DNA from: Corallococcus exercitus
GTDB lineage: Bacteria; Myxococcota; Myxococcia; Myxococcales; Myxococcaceae
Length of the DNA: 64,000 nt
Direction of reading: 5' to 3'
Assembly: GCF_042231735.1 (NCBI RefSeq)
Contig: NZ_CP102577.1
Location: 3,167,281-3,231,280 of the forward strand
The number at the start of each line of letters is the position of its first letter. Within the stretch, counting starts at the first letter, position 1. The notes under the pieces were generated by a model. It did not search any database and was not told where the DNA came from. It saw nothing but the letters and a program-made list of their open reading frames with translations. The translations under genes and the position numbers were made by a program. Below, piece after piece: positions 25,608 through 36,500 of this stretch.

Positions 25608-26746
25608 TCTACCTGGATTACAACGCCGCCGCGCCGGTGCGCGCGGAGGTGGGCGCGTTGCTGGCCCGGGCCTTCACGGAAGGCGGCTTCGGCAACGCGT
25701 CCAGCGTGCACGGCGGAGGGCGCGAGGCCCGCGCCCGGCTGGATGCGGCACGGGCGAAGGTGGCGCGCGTGCTCGGCTGCGAGCCGAAGGAGATCACCTT
25801 CACCGCGTCAGGCAGCGAAGCGGATGCGCTCGCGCTGGTGGGCGCCTACGCGGCCCGGCCCGTGAAGGACCGCCGCCGCGTGGTGTCCACCACGGTGGAG
25901 CACCCGTCGGCGCTGGGGGCGCTCACGCAGCTGGAGAAGGACGGCGCCCAGGTGGTGCGGCTCTCCCCCGCTTCCGACGGCCGCGTGCCGTTGGAGGCGG
26001 TGCTGGAAGCGCTCACGCCGGACACCGCGCTGTGTTCGTTGATGTGGGCCAACAACGAGACGGGCGTGCTGCAGCCGGTGGCGGAGGCCGCGCGCGCGTG
26101 CCGTCAGCGCGGCATCCTCTTCCACACGGACGCCGTGCAGGCCGCGGGCAAGGTGCCGCTCTCCCTGCGCGAAGTGGACGCGGACCTCCTCTCCCTCTCC
26201 GCGCACAAGTTCGGCGGCCCGCAGGGCGTGGGCGTGCTCGTGGTGCGCAAGGGCGTGGACGTGCGGGCGCTGACGCCCGGGCACCAGGAAGGAGGCCGGC
26301 GAGGAGGCACGCAGAACGTGCCCTACGCGGAGGCCCTCGCCCTGGCCCTGGAGCTGGCCACGGCGGAGCAGTCCCAAGCCGCCGCGAGGGTCGCGGCCCT
26401 CCGTGACACCTTCGAGCAGCAGGTGCTCCAGCGGCTGCCCGGCGTGACGGTGAACGGAGCCCAGGCCCCCCGGGTGCCCAACACCAGCAACCTGCGCTTC
26501 GACGGCGTGGAGGGCGAAGCGCTGCTGATGGCGCTGGACCTGGAGGACATCCGCGTCTCGTCGGGAGCGGCCTGCGCGTCCGGCACGCTGTCCCCGTCCC
26601 ACGTGCTGCGCGCCATGGGCCTCTCGCCCGCGCAGGCGCGCGGAAGCCTGCGCTTCAGCCTGGGCCCCTCGACCACGAGCGCCGAAGTGGAGCGCGTGGT
26701 GGAAGCGCTGTGCACGCACGTCCCCCTCGTGCGCGCGCTGGGCTGA
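25604..26746 (+). CDS. Cysteine desulfurase (class V aminotransferase, IscS/NifS-like)
   Basis: FTASGSEADALAL, the PLP-lysine region SLSAHKFGGPQGVGVLVVRKG and active-site Cys in SSGAACASG. ATGA overlap with the upstream gene. Confidence 0.8.
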   Translation: MIYLDYNAAAPVRAEVGALLARAFTEGGFGNASSVHGGGREARARLDAARAKVARVLGCEPKEITFTASGSEADALALVGAYAARPVKDRRRVVSTTVEHPSALGALTQLEKDGAQVVRLSPASDGRVPLEAVLEALTPDTALCSLMWANNETGVLQPVAEAARACRQRGILFHTDAVQAAGKVPLSLREVDADLLSLSAHKFGGPQGVGVLVVRKGVDVRALTPGHQEGGRRGGTQNVPYAEALALALELATAEQSQAAARVAALRDTFEQQVLQRLPGVTVNGAQAPRVPNTSNLRFDGVEGEALLMALDLEDIRVSSGAACASGTLSPSHVLRAMGLSPAQARGSLRFSLGPSTTSAEVERVVEALCTHVPLVRALG

Positions 26747-26917
26747 TCACCACTTCTGCTCGGGCAGGTTCTTCTCGCGCACCTCCGGGTCGGGCTGTCC
26801 GTAGCCGGGCATCCCCTCCTTGGCCTCGTCGGCCTTGGGCGGAAGTCGCTCGTCACCGTGCCGCGTCTCGCGGGCGGGCCGGTCCTGCTCGGGCTGCTGC
26901 TGCTTTCGCTCGGTCGC
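26747..26917 (-). CDS. Hypothetical small hydrophilic protein (56 aa)
   Basis: MATERKQQQPEQDRPARETRHGDERLPPKADEAKEGMPGYGQPDPEVREKNLPEQKW; strong GGAGG RBS 6 nt upstream of ATG and high GC3. Confidence 0.4.
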   Translation of the reverse strand, partial: ATERKQQQPEQDRPARETRHGDERLPPKADEAKEGMPGYGQPDPEVREKNLPEQKW

Positions 26918-27028
26918 CATGGATTCCTCCCGGTGCATGTTCGCGGGAGGAAAGGTCATCATCCGGGGCATGCGCCGCAGCGGGCTCCACCGTCCGGGAG
27001 CCCGCGTGCCGGGGCCCTGCCCGCCCGG

Positions 27029-28024
27029 CTACCCGTTGCCGTCGGAAGAGGAGCCGTTGGGCGGAGCGCCCCGGTACACGGGCATCTCGTCCGTGGTGCC
27101 GAAGAGGCCGCGCACCACCGCCGCGATGGCCAGGGGGGTGCCCACGCGCTCGTCGAAGTGCGGCGACAGGGCCTTCGCGTACTCTTCCGCGGACGGGAAG
27201 CGGTCCTCGGGGTTCTCCGCGAACGCTCTCGCCAGCACCGCGTCCAGCGCCTCCGGGATGTCCGGCCGCACCGAGCTCAGGAGCCGGTACTTGCGCGACA
27301 GGATGCCCGCGAAGACCTCTTCCGGCGTCGTGCCCACGAAGGGCCGGCCCAGCGTGAGCAGCTCATAGAGCACCACGCTCGCGGCCCACAGGTCCGCCTC
27401 CGGGGTGACGGCGCCCTGCAGCGACTCCGGGGACAGGTAGTACGGCTTGCCCAGCACCTCGCCGCCCTGGAGCTTCCCGTCCACCAGCACGCGCGACACG
27501 CCGAAGTCGCCCAGCTTGATCTCCCCCACCCGGGAGATGAACAGGTTGGACGGGGACACGTCGCAGTGGACGATGCCCAGCGGCTTGCCGTCCGGCCCGG
27601 TGGCGGTGTGCGCGTACGCGAGCGCCTCCAGCAGCACCTTCGCCAGGTACACCGCGAAGTCGACGGGGAGCGGAATCCCGCGCGCCTTGCACCGGCGCAG
27701 GATGTGGCCCAGGTCGCGCCCGTCCACCAGGTCCATCACCAGGAAGGACACGTCGTCCAGCATCCCGGCGTCCAGCACCTTCACGATGTTCGGGTGGTCC
27801 AGCTGGCGCGACAGCTGCGCCTCGCGGCGGAAGAGGTCCACCGACGCCGGGTCGCGGGTGAGCGCGGGCAGCAGCCGCTTGAGCGCGACCGTCCAGCCTT
27901 CGTAGGGACCGGAGCGCACGCGCGCGCGGTACACCTCGGCCATGCCGCCCTTGCCCAACAGCGACAGGATTTCGTAGTTGCCGAAGACCCGGACGGGCTT
28001 CGACACGGAGTTCGGCGCGTTCAC
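27029..28024 (-). CDS. Serine/threonine protein kinase (kinase domain only; atypical catalytic loop HCDVSPSN)
   Basis: G-loop LGKGGMAEVY, VALKRL lysine, DFG (GDFGVS) and SPE motif. The catalytic loop lacks the canonical HRDLKPxN Arg and Lys. Confidence 0.75.
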   Translation of the reverse strand: MNAPNSVSKPVRVFGNYEILSLLGKGGMAEVYRARVRSGPYEGWTVALKRLLPALTRDPASVDLFRREAQLSRQLDHPNIVKVLDAGMLDDVSFLVMDLVDGRDLGHILRRCKARGIPLPVDFAVYLAKVLLEALAYAHTATGPDGKPLGIVHCDVSPSNLFISRVGEIKLGDFGVSRVLVDGKLQGGEVLGKPYYLSPESLQGAVTPEADLWAASVVLYELLTLGRPFVGTTPEEVFAGILSRKYRLLSSVRPDIPEALDAVLARAFAENPEDRFPSAEEYAKALSPHFDERVGTPLAIAAVVRGLFGTTDEMPVYRGAPPNGSSSDGNG

Positions 28025-29013
28025 GGGCTGGCGCTGCCAGCTCCTTGCGGCTCACGGCCCTGGACCCGCTTGCGGCCGCGGGCCTGCTTCAACAGCAACT
28101 CGTACTCCGCTCCCTCATTGGCGAACTGCTGGAGCTCGCGCTCCACCAGCGCGTTGTTCTCAGGCGCGGACCATCCACCCTGCACCGCCTGGCGCAGCGC
28201 GAGCTGGGCGAACCCCGACTCCTGCGCCGCCCGCTTCACGCACGCCGTCCAGAAGAAGGCCTCCGCCCGCGCCGCGCCGCTGCCCACGTTGCGCGCCTGC
28301 TCCAGGTACTTGAGCGCCTCCGGGTGCTGCTTGCGCAGGTAGTGCGCCACGCCCATGCCCGTCAGCGCCCAGGCGTTGTTCTTCTCCTTCTCCTGGGCCA
28401 GCACCAGCTGGAACTGCTGCGAGGCGGCGATGGGGTTCTGGGCCAATAGGGACTGCCCCTGCTTCAGGGTCGCCGCCACGTCCAGCGGCTCCAGCCGGCG
28501 CTGCGCCGCCACCTGCGCGGCGCCACCGGACGGCGGCGGCGGGGCGGGGGCCTGCGCCTGACGCTGCTCGGTCGCCGGCGCCGCCGCGGGCGTCAGGGCC
28601 GCGCCCTGCTCGGTCGCCCGCAGCACCAGCATCCCGTTCCGGGGCAGGGCCGGGGACTCGCAGCCGCCCTCCAGCTTCACCACGCCCGCCAGCGCGCGCT
28701 CCTCCACGTTGTAGACGAGCATCAGCGGGAAGCTCCGGGACGGGGTGCAGGTGTCGCCCGTCTGACAGAGCGTGATCTCCCCCAGGAAGACGTTGCCCTG
28801 GAAGTCTCCGGTGAGGATCTGCTCGGCGACCGGGCGCTGGCAGGGCCCCCCGGCCGGCGCGGTGCCGGTCAGATGTTCCCCGTCCGAGCGCAACTCGATG
28901 GGGCCGAAGGCATCTCCCTGGTAGGTACTGTTCAGCTGCGGACCCGCCCAGGCGAATCCGGAGGCGAGGCAGGCTACCGCCGCGAGAGCCAATGTTGGGG
29001 TCGGGGGCGACAT
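28021..29013 (-). CDS. Secreted TPR-repeat protein, translationally coupled to the kinase
   Basis: Signal peptide MSPPTPTLALAAVACLASGFAWA. The C-terminal half has TPR-like helices (AWALTGMGVAHYLRKQHPEALKYLEQARNVG...). 4-nt overlap with the kinase gene. Confidence 0.5.
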   Translation of the reverse strand: MSPPTPTLALAAVACLASGFAWAGPQLNSTYQGDAFGPIELRSDGEHLTGTAPAGGPCQRPVAEQILTGDFQGNVFLGEITLCQTGDTCTPSRSFPLMLVYNVEERALAGVVKLEGGCESPALPRNGMLVLRATEQGAALTPAAAPATEQRQAQAPAPPPPSGGAAQVAAQRRLEPLDVAATLKQGQSLLAQNPIAASQQFQLVLAQEKEKNNAWALTGMGVAHYLRKQHPEALKYLEQARNVGSGAARAEAFFWTACVKRAAQESGFAQLALRQAVQGGWSAPENNALVERELQQFANEGAEYELLLKQARGRKRVQGREPQGAGSASP

Positions 29014-29149
29014 GTCGGGGACCCGGGCATCATAGAAGTCCACGGGGCGGCTTGTAAACGCGCGAGGACGGCTTGACCGCACGCTTCTCCATCCTTATCA
29101 TTTTCCCAGAACGCCCTGGGATTTTCCCAGTGATTCTAAGGACTTGTAG

Positions 29150-29380
29150 CGAGATTTGAGCAGTAAAAGGTCTGTTCCCTGCGGGGTGCGTGATGCCCAG
29201 CAGAAATTCGAACCGATACGTCCATTCCGGGGTCCGTTTCGGTCGCCATGTGCAAGCCCTCCCCCTTCACCGGGGATGAGGGAAGCCTGCGGTGACATGA
29301 TTTCGGTCCCCACCTGGCTTCTAAGGGTTCAATGGACGCTGGACACACGGCTCGGCGGGGGACTCTTTCTTTGGAGCGGC
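29150..29380 (+). ncRNA. ssrS: Candidate 6S RNA (ssrS) upstream of and co-oriented with the 5-formyl-THF cyclo-ligase gene
   Basis: 300-bp non-coding, comparatively AT-rich, hairpin-dense block directly 5' of the MTHFS gene. The ssrS-ygfA (MTHFS) linkage is widely conserved in bacteria. Boundaries are approximate and were not folded. Confidence 0.3.
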
Positions 29381-29384
29381 GGCG

Positions 29385-30017
29385 GTGAGCGAGACGGCGG
29401 CGGATACGGTGGCGGCGGCGGCGGAAAAGAAGGTCACGCTTCGTGAGGAACTGACGGCGCGCCGCAAGGCGATGACCAACGACCTCATCGACGAGCGGGG
29501 CCTCAAGGTCCAGTCTCGATTCCTGGCTTCGCCCTACTATCAGAAGGCACGGACGGTGGCCCTCTACGCCCCCATCCGGGGCGAGGTGCCCACCCGGGAC
29601 ATCCTCATCGCGGCGCTGCAGGACGAGAAGATCGTCTGCTACCCGCTGTCCCACGTGCATGGGCGCATCCTGGCCTTCCGGGCCATCAAGTCGGAGAGCG
29701 AGCTGGAGCCGGGACGCCTGGGCGTCCGTGAGCCCACGAACTCCTCGGACCTGATTGCGGTGGATCAGATCGACCTGTTCGTGGTGCCCGGTCTGGGCTT
29801 CAGCCCGGACGGCAAGCGGCTGGGGCGCGGCGGTGGCTACTACGACGCCACCCTCAAGGCGGCCAGCTCGCGCAGCCGCCGGGTGGGTCTGGCCTTCAAC
29901 GACCAGATCGTCCAGGCGCTGCCCACGACGAGTGACGACGTGGACATGGACCAGATCGTCACGGAGAGCCAGACGCTGCGCGGCCTGTGCCGCAGCTTCG
30001 ACTTCCTGGACACCTGA
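29385..30017 (+). CDS. ygfA: 5-formyltetrahydrofolate cyclo-ligase (MTHFS)
   Basis: VALYAPIRGEVPT, then LFVVPGLGFSPDGKRLGRGGGYYD, the MTHFS signature. Confidence 0.8.
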   Translation: MSETAADTVAAAAEKKVTLREELTARRKAMTNDLIDERGLKVQSRFLASPYYQKARTVALYAPIRGEVPTRDILIAALQDEKIVCYPLSHVHGRILAFRAIKSESELEPGRLGVREPTNSSDLIAVDQIDLFVVPGLGFSPDGKRLGRGGGYYDATLKAASSRSRRVGLAFNDQIVQALPTTSDDVDMDQIVTESQTLRGLCRSFDFLDT

Positions 30018-30111
30018 GTCGTCAGGCTGACGACCGGACCTTCACGGGTGGGGCGGACTGGAGAAGTCCCGCCCTGCCCGTTGTCTTTTTTGGGCTAGTG
30101 TCCGCGGCGCC

Positions 30112-31374
30112 ATGAACCCGGACGCACTGCGCAAGGCGACCCCCGAAGAGCAGTTCGAAGAAGTCACTCGCGGCACCGTGGACCTCCACGTGCCGGAGGA
30201 CCTGAAGAAGAAGCTCCAGCGCTCCTATGAGAAGGGCAAGCCGCTGGTCATCAAGGCGGGCTTCGACCCCAGCCGTCCCGACCTGCACCTGGGCCACACG
30301 CTGCTGCTCACGCGCATGCGGCGCTTCCAGGAGTTCGGCCACACGGTGGTGTTCCTCATCGGTGACTTCACCGCCCTCATCGGCGACCCCTCCGGGAAGA
30401 ACGCGGCCCGTCCGCCGCTCACCCGCGAGCAGGTGAAGGTCAACTCGGAGACGTACAAGCAGCAGGTCTTCAAGGTCCTGGACCCGGACAAGACGGTGGT
30501 GAAGTTCAACTCGGAGTGGCTCGACGCGCTGGGCACCGAGGGGATGATCCGCCTGGCGGCGCGCTACTCCGTGCAGCGCATGCTGGAGCGCGACGACTTC
30601 AAGAAGCGCTACAAGGAGAACACCTCCATCGCCATCCACGAGTTCCTCTACCCGCTCCTGCAGGGCTACGACTCCGTGGCGCTGAAGGCGGACGTGGAGC
30701 TGGGCGCGACGGATCAGCTCTTCAACCTGCTCGTCGGCCGGCAGCTGATGAAGGAAGAGGGCATGGAGCCGCAGGTCATCATGACCGGCCCCATCCTGGA
30801 GGGCCTGGACGCGAAGCTGGTGGACGGCGTCATCACCGGCCCCAAGATGTCCAAGAGCCTGGACAACTACGTGGGCATCGACGAGCCGGCGGACAGCATC
30901 TTCGGCAAGTTGATGAGCATCACCGACGACCTGATGTGGCGGTACTACAAGCTCCTCTCCTCCATGCCGCTCAAGCAGGTGCTGGAGCTGGAGGAGAAGA
31001 CGAAGTCCGGCGCCGCGCACCCCAAGGCCGCGAAGGTCGCCTTCGCGCAGGAGATGGCCGCGCGCTTCCAGGGCGAGGAGGCCGGCCGCAAGGCGGCGGA
31101 GGACTTCGAGAAGCGCTTCGCCAAGAAGGAGCTGTCAGCGGACGAGCTGCCCCTCGTGGAGGTGTCGCTCGCGGGCGCGGAGAAGCTGCTGGTGACGAAG
31201 CTGCTGCCGGAGACGAAGCTCGTGGCCTCCGCCACGGAGGCGCGCAAGCTGATGACCCAGGGCGGCGTCCGGGTGAACGGAGAGAAGGTCACCGACCCCA
31301 AGGCGGAGCTGGGGGCCGGCGAGTACACCGTGCAGGTCGGCAAGCTGAAGGCGGCGCGGGTGAAGGTGGCCTGA
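30112..31374 (+). CDS. tyrS: Tyrosine--tRNA ligase
   Basis: Class I HIGH variant (PDLHLGH), KMSKS present (GPKMSKS) and a C-terminal S4-like domain; 420 aa. Confidence 0.9.
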   Translation: MNPDALRKATPEEQFEEVTRGTVDLHVPEDLKKKLQRSYEKGKPLVIKAGFDPSRPDLHLGHTLLLTRMRRFQEFGHTVVFLIGDFTALIGDPSGKNAARPPLTREQVKVNSETYKQQVFKVLDPDKTVVKFNSEWLDALGTEGMIRLAARYSVQRMLERDDFKKRYKENTSIAIHEFLYPLLQGYDSVALKADVELGATDQLFNLLVGRQLMKEEGMEPQVIMTGPILEGLDAKLVDGVITGPKMSKSLDNYVGIDEPADSIFGKLMSITDDLMWRYYKLLSSMPLKQVLELEEKTKSGAAHPKAAKVAFAQEMAARFQGEEAGRKAAEDFEKRFAKKELSADELPLVEVSLAGAEKLLVTKLLPETKLVASATEARKLMTQGGVRVNGEKVTDPKAELGAGEYTVQVGKLKAARVKVA

Positions 31375-31401
31375 GGCCGTGGTGCACCGCCCGCGCTGAC
31401 G

Positions 31402-32226
31402 TCACGGCGCGGGCGGCTCCTTCGGCAGCGCGCCTTCGTACAGCGCGGCCGAGCGCCCCATCAGGAAGCCGTGGGGCAGGAGCTTCATCATCGTCGCGAG
31501 GAAGCGGTTGAGGACGCCGGGCACGGAGAGCTCGCGGCGGTGCACGAACGCCTCCACGGCGGTGCGCGCGCAGGCCTCCGCGGACATGATGCCCACGTCG
31601 CCCGCCTTGAACTTCCGGTCCAGGCCGGACACCGACAGCATCTCCGTGGCGATGCCGCCGGGCGCGAAGACGGTGACGGACACGCCCGCCTTGCGCAGCT
31701 CATAGGCCAGGCCGCGCCCGTAGCTGATGACGAACGACTTCGTCGCCGCGTAGGCCGTCTGGTACGGCAGCGGCGCGAAGCCCGCGGTGCTGGCGACGAG
31801 CATCAGCGCGCCTCCCCCGCCCCGCTTCGCGAAGTGCGCCCCGAAGCGCTGGGCCATGCGCACCACGCTGGTGATGTTGGTGGCCAGCATCGCGTCGAAG
31901 GACTCGGGCTGCTGCTCCAGCGCGTGGCCGAAGTAGGTGACGCCGGCGTTGAGGATGACGCCGTCGACGGTGCGGCCCGCCGTGGCGGTCTCGAAGACGC
32001 GCTCGGCATCGCCGGGCCGGGTGAGGTCCGCGGACAGGGGCAGCACCTGCACGCCGTGCGCGGACTCCAGCTCCGCCTTGAGCGCGGTGAGCCGGTCCTC
32101 GCGCCGGGCGACGGCGATGATGTGGGCGCCATGCTCCCTGGCGAGCAGGCGGGCCATCTCCAGCCCCAGGCCGGACGACGCGCCGGTAATGAGCACCCAG
32201 CGGCCTCGGAAATTCATCGGTTTCAT
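31402..32226 (-). CDS. Short-chain dehydrogenase/reductase (SDR)
   Basis: WVLITGASSGLGLEMARLLA Rossmann motif and YxxxK region. ATG at 32226 chosen. Confidence 0.8.
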   Translation of the reverse strand: MKPMNFRGRWVLITGASSGLGLEMARLLAREHGAHIIAVARREDRLTALKAELESAHGVQVLPLSADLTRPGDAERVFETATAGRTVDGVILNAGVTYFGHALEQQPESFDAMLATNITSVVRMAQRFGAHFAKRGGGGALMLVASTAGFAPLPYQTAYAATKSFVISYGRGLAYELRKAGVSVTVFAPGGIATEMLSVSGLDRKFKAGDVGIMSAEACARTAVEAFVHRRELSVPGVLNRFLATMMKLLPHGFLMGRSAALYEGALPKEPPAP

Positions 32227-32312
32227 GTCGGGCGCTCTTATTTCGCGGCGCGGCGCCGGGCGCAACCGGGGAACAGCGGGCTTGCGGCACCCCTGTTAGA
32301 GTCCCGCGCACC

Positions 32313-33458
32313 ATGCGCCTCTCCGGGTCGCTCGCCTGTTTCTTCCTGGCCATTTCCATGGCCCCCTCCGCCGCCCTCGCGGGCAGCGGCGTCTTCGTCA
32401 CCGAAGAGTCCGTGGACGCGGTGGAGCAACCCGAGTCCTCCAAGGTCGTCTTCGCCGTGGAGCCGGGCGTGTCCTATCCGCTCGTGAAGAAGGGCGGCCC
32501 CGACCGCGCGTGGTGCAAGCTCCAGGGACCGAAGGCCGAGGGCTGGGTGCTCTGCGATGGCACGCCCACGGACGCCGTCCAGAAGGCGCCCAGCGCGGAC
32601 GCGCTCGTGCGCGCGGACCGTGAGAACACGCGCCAGCAGCAGGCGGCCCGGGGCGGCACCGCCTCCGCAGCCGCGAGCAGCGCCGAGGCCTCCGACGACG
32701 AGGAGACCACCGTGGCGGTCCGTGCGCCCGCGGGCCGCGCGGCGGCTCCGCCTCCGGCTCCGGACGATGCGGCGGCTTGCGCGAGCACCTGTGACCAGCC
32801 GCCCCTCTTCGCCAAGGCGCCCGCGCTGTCCGCGCTGGACCGCGAGGTGCTGGACCTGTGCCCCGCGCGTCCCGACGCGAGCGTGAGCGCCGGGGACGTG
32901 CAGCGCTTCTTCGCGAAGCACTACGACGACGCCCGGGTGCAGCGCGCGCTGTCCGCGGCGGGCCGGCCGGGTGCGCGACAGGCGAACATCGAGTGGCTCA
33001 CGAGCCTCTGGGTGAGCACCGGCCCGCGCAACGCGTTCACGCACGTCTTCTGCGGCGATGACTGGCAGCGCGGCCCGATTGGCGGCCTCCACTTCCTGCC
33101 TCGCTACGCGCAGCTCGAAGCGGAAGGGAAGGTCTGCTACCAGGGCCCGGCCAAGGGCGAGGAAGCGGTGCGGGGCGAGCAGTACCTCATCCGCTTCAAG
33201 GGCCTGGCGCCCTGGTCGTGCGGCGTGAAGCGGATGGGCGGATTCTCGACGTCGCAGGACGCGGTCTCCATCGCCGCCATCGGAACCCGCGCGTTCGCGC
33301 GCTGCTGTGCGCGCGGCGGGGCGAAGAAGGAAGGCGGCGTGTACTCGGCGCCGGACATCGGTGGCGGCAACTGGCGCATCTGGTGCGGCACGCGCAACGG
33401 CACCTACGGCATCGCCACGCTGCACCCCACCGAGGAAGCCGCCACCTGCGCGGAGTAG
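32313..33458 (+). CDS. Secreted EndoU/XendoU-family ribonuclease-domain protein
   Basis: Signal peptide and Ala/Pro-rich linker. C-terminal HVFCGDDWQRGPIGGLHFLPRYAQLEAEGKVCYQGP...KRMGGFSTS aligns with the EndoU catalytic blocks (HVFxGE, GFHNW, K...GSSPEF). Confidence 0.55.
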   Translation: MRLSGSLACFFLAISMAPSAALAGSGVFVTEESVDAVEQPESSKVVFAVEPGVSYPLVKKGGPDRAWCKLQGPKAEGWVLCDGTPTDAVQKAPSADALVRADRENTRQQQAARGGTASAAASSAEASDDEETTVAVRAPAGRAAAPPPAPDDAAACASTCDQPPLFAKAPALSALDREVLDLCPARPDASVSAGDVQRFFAKHYDDARVQRALSAAGRPGARQANIEWLTSLWVSTGPRNAFTHVFCGDDWQRGPIGGLHFLPRYAQLEAEGKVCYQGPAKGEEAVRGEQYLIRFKGLAPWSCGVKRMGGFSTSQDAVSIAAIGTRAFARCCARGGAKKEGGVYSAPDIGGGNWRIWCGTRNGTYGIATLHPTEEAATCAE

Positions 33459-33505
33459 GAAACCCGCGTCCATGAAGGACACGGGCCCCCTGCCCCGCTG
33501 ACGGC

Positions 33506-36500
33506 CTACGGTGCCCGGTCCACCGTGAGCACCGTGCCGGTGGAGTACGCGGTGAACTCCGGCGCGTACATGGACTGCACCGTCGCCGGGCCCACGCGGA
33601 AGGTGCCCGCGAGGTTCGCGCGCAGCCGGTACTTGAACGTGTACTCGCCCACGGGCAGCGCCTCGAAGAAGAAGTTCGTCCCCGAGTCGCGCGTCTCCTC
33701 GTACCAGACGATGCCCAGGTCCCACTTGTGGCGGGACTGCGCGTTCTCCGGCTCCAGGCCCGCGGCGCGTGGGTCGCGCAGGTGCACGTACTCCGCCGCG
33801 TGCTTCAGGCGCAGGGACAGCTGCACCTCCACCTCGTCACCGGGCCGCAGCGTCGCGCCATCCGACAGCGGGCGCAGCAGCGTCTGGGTGCCCTCGCGGA
33901 TCCGCACGAAGTAGCGGCGCGACACCTGGAAGAAGTCCCCGCGCTCCTCCTTCGGCAGCTCCTCCGTGGAGAAGTGCCACGTCGCGGACGCGATGGCGAA
34001 GCCCGGCGTCGTCTTCTCCACCACCGTGGTCGCCGTGTCCGCGTTCACCTCCCGCCCGGTGAGGACCACCTGGTTCTTCTTCCCCGTGTACACGTCGGGC
34101 GAGAAGGACATGGGCACCACCTTCGAGCCCACCGTCACCTTCAGCTCCTCGCGCACGGACAGCGAGCCCTCCGCCTCCATGTAGTTCACCAGCGCGTAGA
34201 GCGCCTCCGCCGTGGCGCGCGTGGACTTCCAGTGGCCCAGCTTCTTGTCCAGGAGCAGCCACAGCGCCAGGCCCGAGCGGCGGGGGTCCTTCGGGCGCAG
34301 CTCCGACAGCGTGCGCAGCGCGAAGGCGTGCGTCTCCGTGGTGTCGTTGTACCAGAGCCAGCCGCGGTCCTCGGGCGCCCAGGACGTGCCCTGGTCCTGC
34401 GTCGTCTTCGCGGAGTCCATCACGCTGTCCCAGACCTTCAGCGCGTCCTTGTTGCGCTTCGCCCGGTTCAGCGTGAGCGCCAGGTACCCCTTGAGGTACG
34501 GCGAGTGCTTCTTCCAGTGCTTGTAGGAGAAGTCGAGCATGCGCTGCCGCTCGGCCGCCGTGAGCGCCTCGCCCGTGTAGCGCGCGTCCGGATACGCCGA
34601 CGCCACGAAGTTGAGGAACGTGAGGAACTCCCAGCCCAGGTCCTTCTTCATCAGCCGGTTCGAGTAGTCGCTCCGGAAGTGCGTGGCCAGGTAGCCCCAC
34701 GCTGGCTCCGTCATGGCGGGTGACACCTCCACCCCGTGCTCCATGGCGCGCGACAGGCCATGCAGGATGTAGAGCGTCATGTACGGCGACGACGGGCCGC
34801 CCGGCCACCAGGGGAAGCCACCGTCCGCGTTCTGCGCCTTGCGCAGCTTCTCCTGCGACGACTCGCGCTGCGCCTGCGCCACCTTCGGGTCCAGCACGCG
34901 CAGGAGCGCGTCGTTGGACTCCGCTCCGCCCTTCGCCTCGTTGAGCCAGGGCGTCTCCTCCAGCGCCATCTTCCGGTTCGGGTCCACGTCGTCAAAGGTC
35001 TCGAAGCGCGTGCTCCGCTGGCTCAGGTCCCTGGCCACCTTCGCCACCGCCGGGTACTTGTCGAAGAGGCTGGAGACGATGCCGGTGGACACGAAGCGGT
35101 TGAGCGTCTGCTCCGTGCACTCATAGGGGTAGTCCACCAGGTACGGCAGCGCCTGGAGCACGGAGTAGAACAGCTGCGCGTCCACCGTCACGACGAGCTG
35201 CTCGTTCACCCGCGTGGGGTCGTTCGCGCTCTTCAGGTCCTCGAACGTCAGCGTCCTGCGGTCCTGGTCGCGCAGCGTCACGGTGCGCGACTGGGCCAGG
35301 TGCATGCGGCCGGGCAGCACCGGCACGGGCCGCAGCTCACCGTCGCTGAAGGCCCCCGCCTTGGCGACGACACGGAAGGCCACCGGCCCCACGCGCGCGG
35401 GCGCGGTGAGGGGGAAGCGCAGGTGCGTGCCCTTCCCCGCCGCCACCGTGAAGGCCTGCGTGGCCGTCTTCACGCCGAAGTCCGCGAGCAGGCTCTTCTG
35501 CGTGTCCGGATCCACGATGTCGAGCGTGAGCTGCCCCTGCTGCGTCTGCGCCCCCGCGTTGTTCACCACGACCTCCAGCTCCGCGCGATCTCCCTCGCGC
35601 AGGAAGCGCGGCAGGTAGGGGCGTACCATCAGCTCCTTCACGCTGCGGGTGGAGCGCTGCGCGGAGCCGCCTCGCAGGTCTCGCGTGAGCGCGTGCACCC
35701 AGACGTCCCAGGCCGTCACCGAGTCCGGCACCGTGAACTCCAGCACCGCGGCGCCGTCCGGTCCGGTGAGCAGCTGCGGAATCCAGAACGCGGTCTCCGC
35801 GAAGTTGGAGCGCAGCGGTTCCTCCGACGCTCCCGGTTCCGGGGCGCCGGGGGCTCCCTTGATGATCTGGATGATCTCACGCCGCTTCTGCTCCAGCACC
35901 GGTCTTCCCGACGCGGAGCGGGACGGAGCGGGCGGCGGGGGCGGAGGAGGCGCTGCGTCCGCCGATTCCCGCTGCACGGCCCCGGGCTTCGCGGCCATGA
36001 CACGGCGGCGCTCGCCGAAGTAGCGGCGGTTGCGGTAGCCCGGGCCGCCCAGCCCGTAACCCTCCCCGAACTTCAGCGTGTCTCCGGAAGGTTCTGGCGG
36101 GGAGGTCCGGCGCTGGTCGAGCTCGTCGAAGAGCCAGTCCCCGCCGAAGCTGCCCCCGGACGACCGGAAGTCCACGTACACCGTCTGCTGCGGGTACAGC
36201 TGCGCCACCTGCGGCGGCGTGTGCGGCCCGAAGACGTTCAGCGACTGATCGTACATGTACGCCAGCAGCTCCGCGGCCCCCGCCTCCAGCTTCGCGCCCT
36301 TCGGTCCCTTCACCGTCACGCGGAAGGTCTCCTTCGCGCCGGGCCGCAGCGTGTCGCGGAACGTGGCGAACTCCAGGCTCAGCTCCTTGTCGTCGAAGGG
36401 CACGGCCACCGTCTGCTGGAAGCTCATCGACTGCCAGTCACGCACCAGCGTGAGCACCACCGTGAAGCCGCCGCGCAGGGCCTCCGTCACGGGGAGCTCC

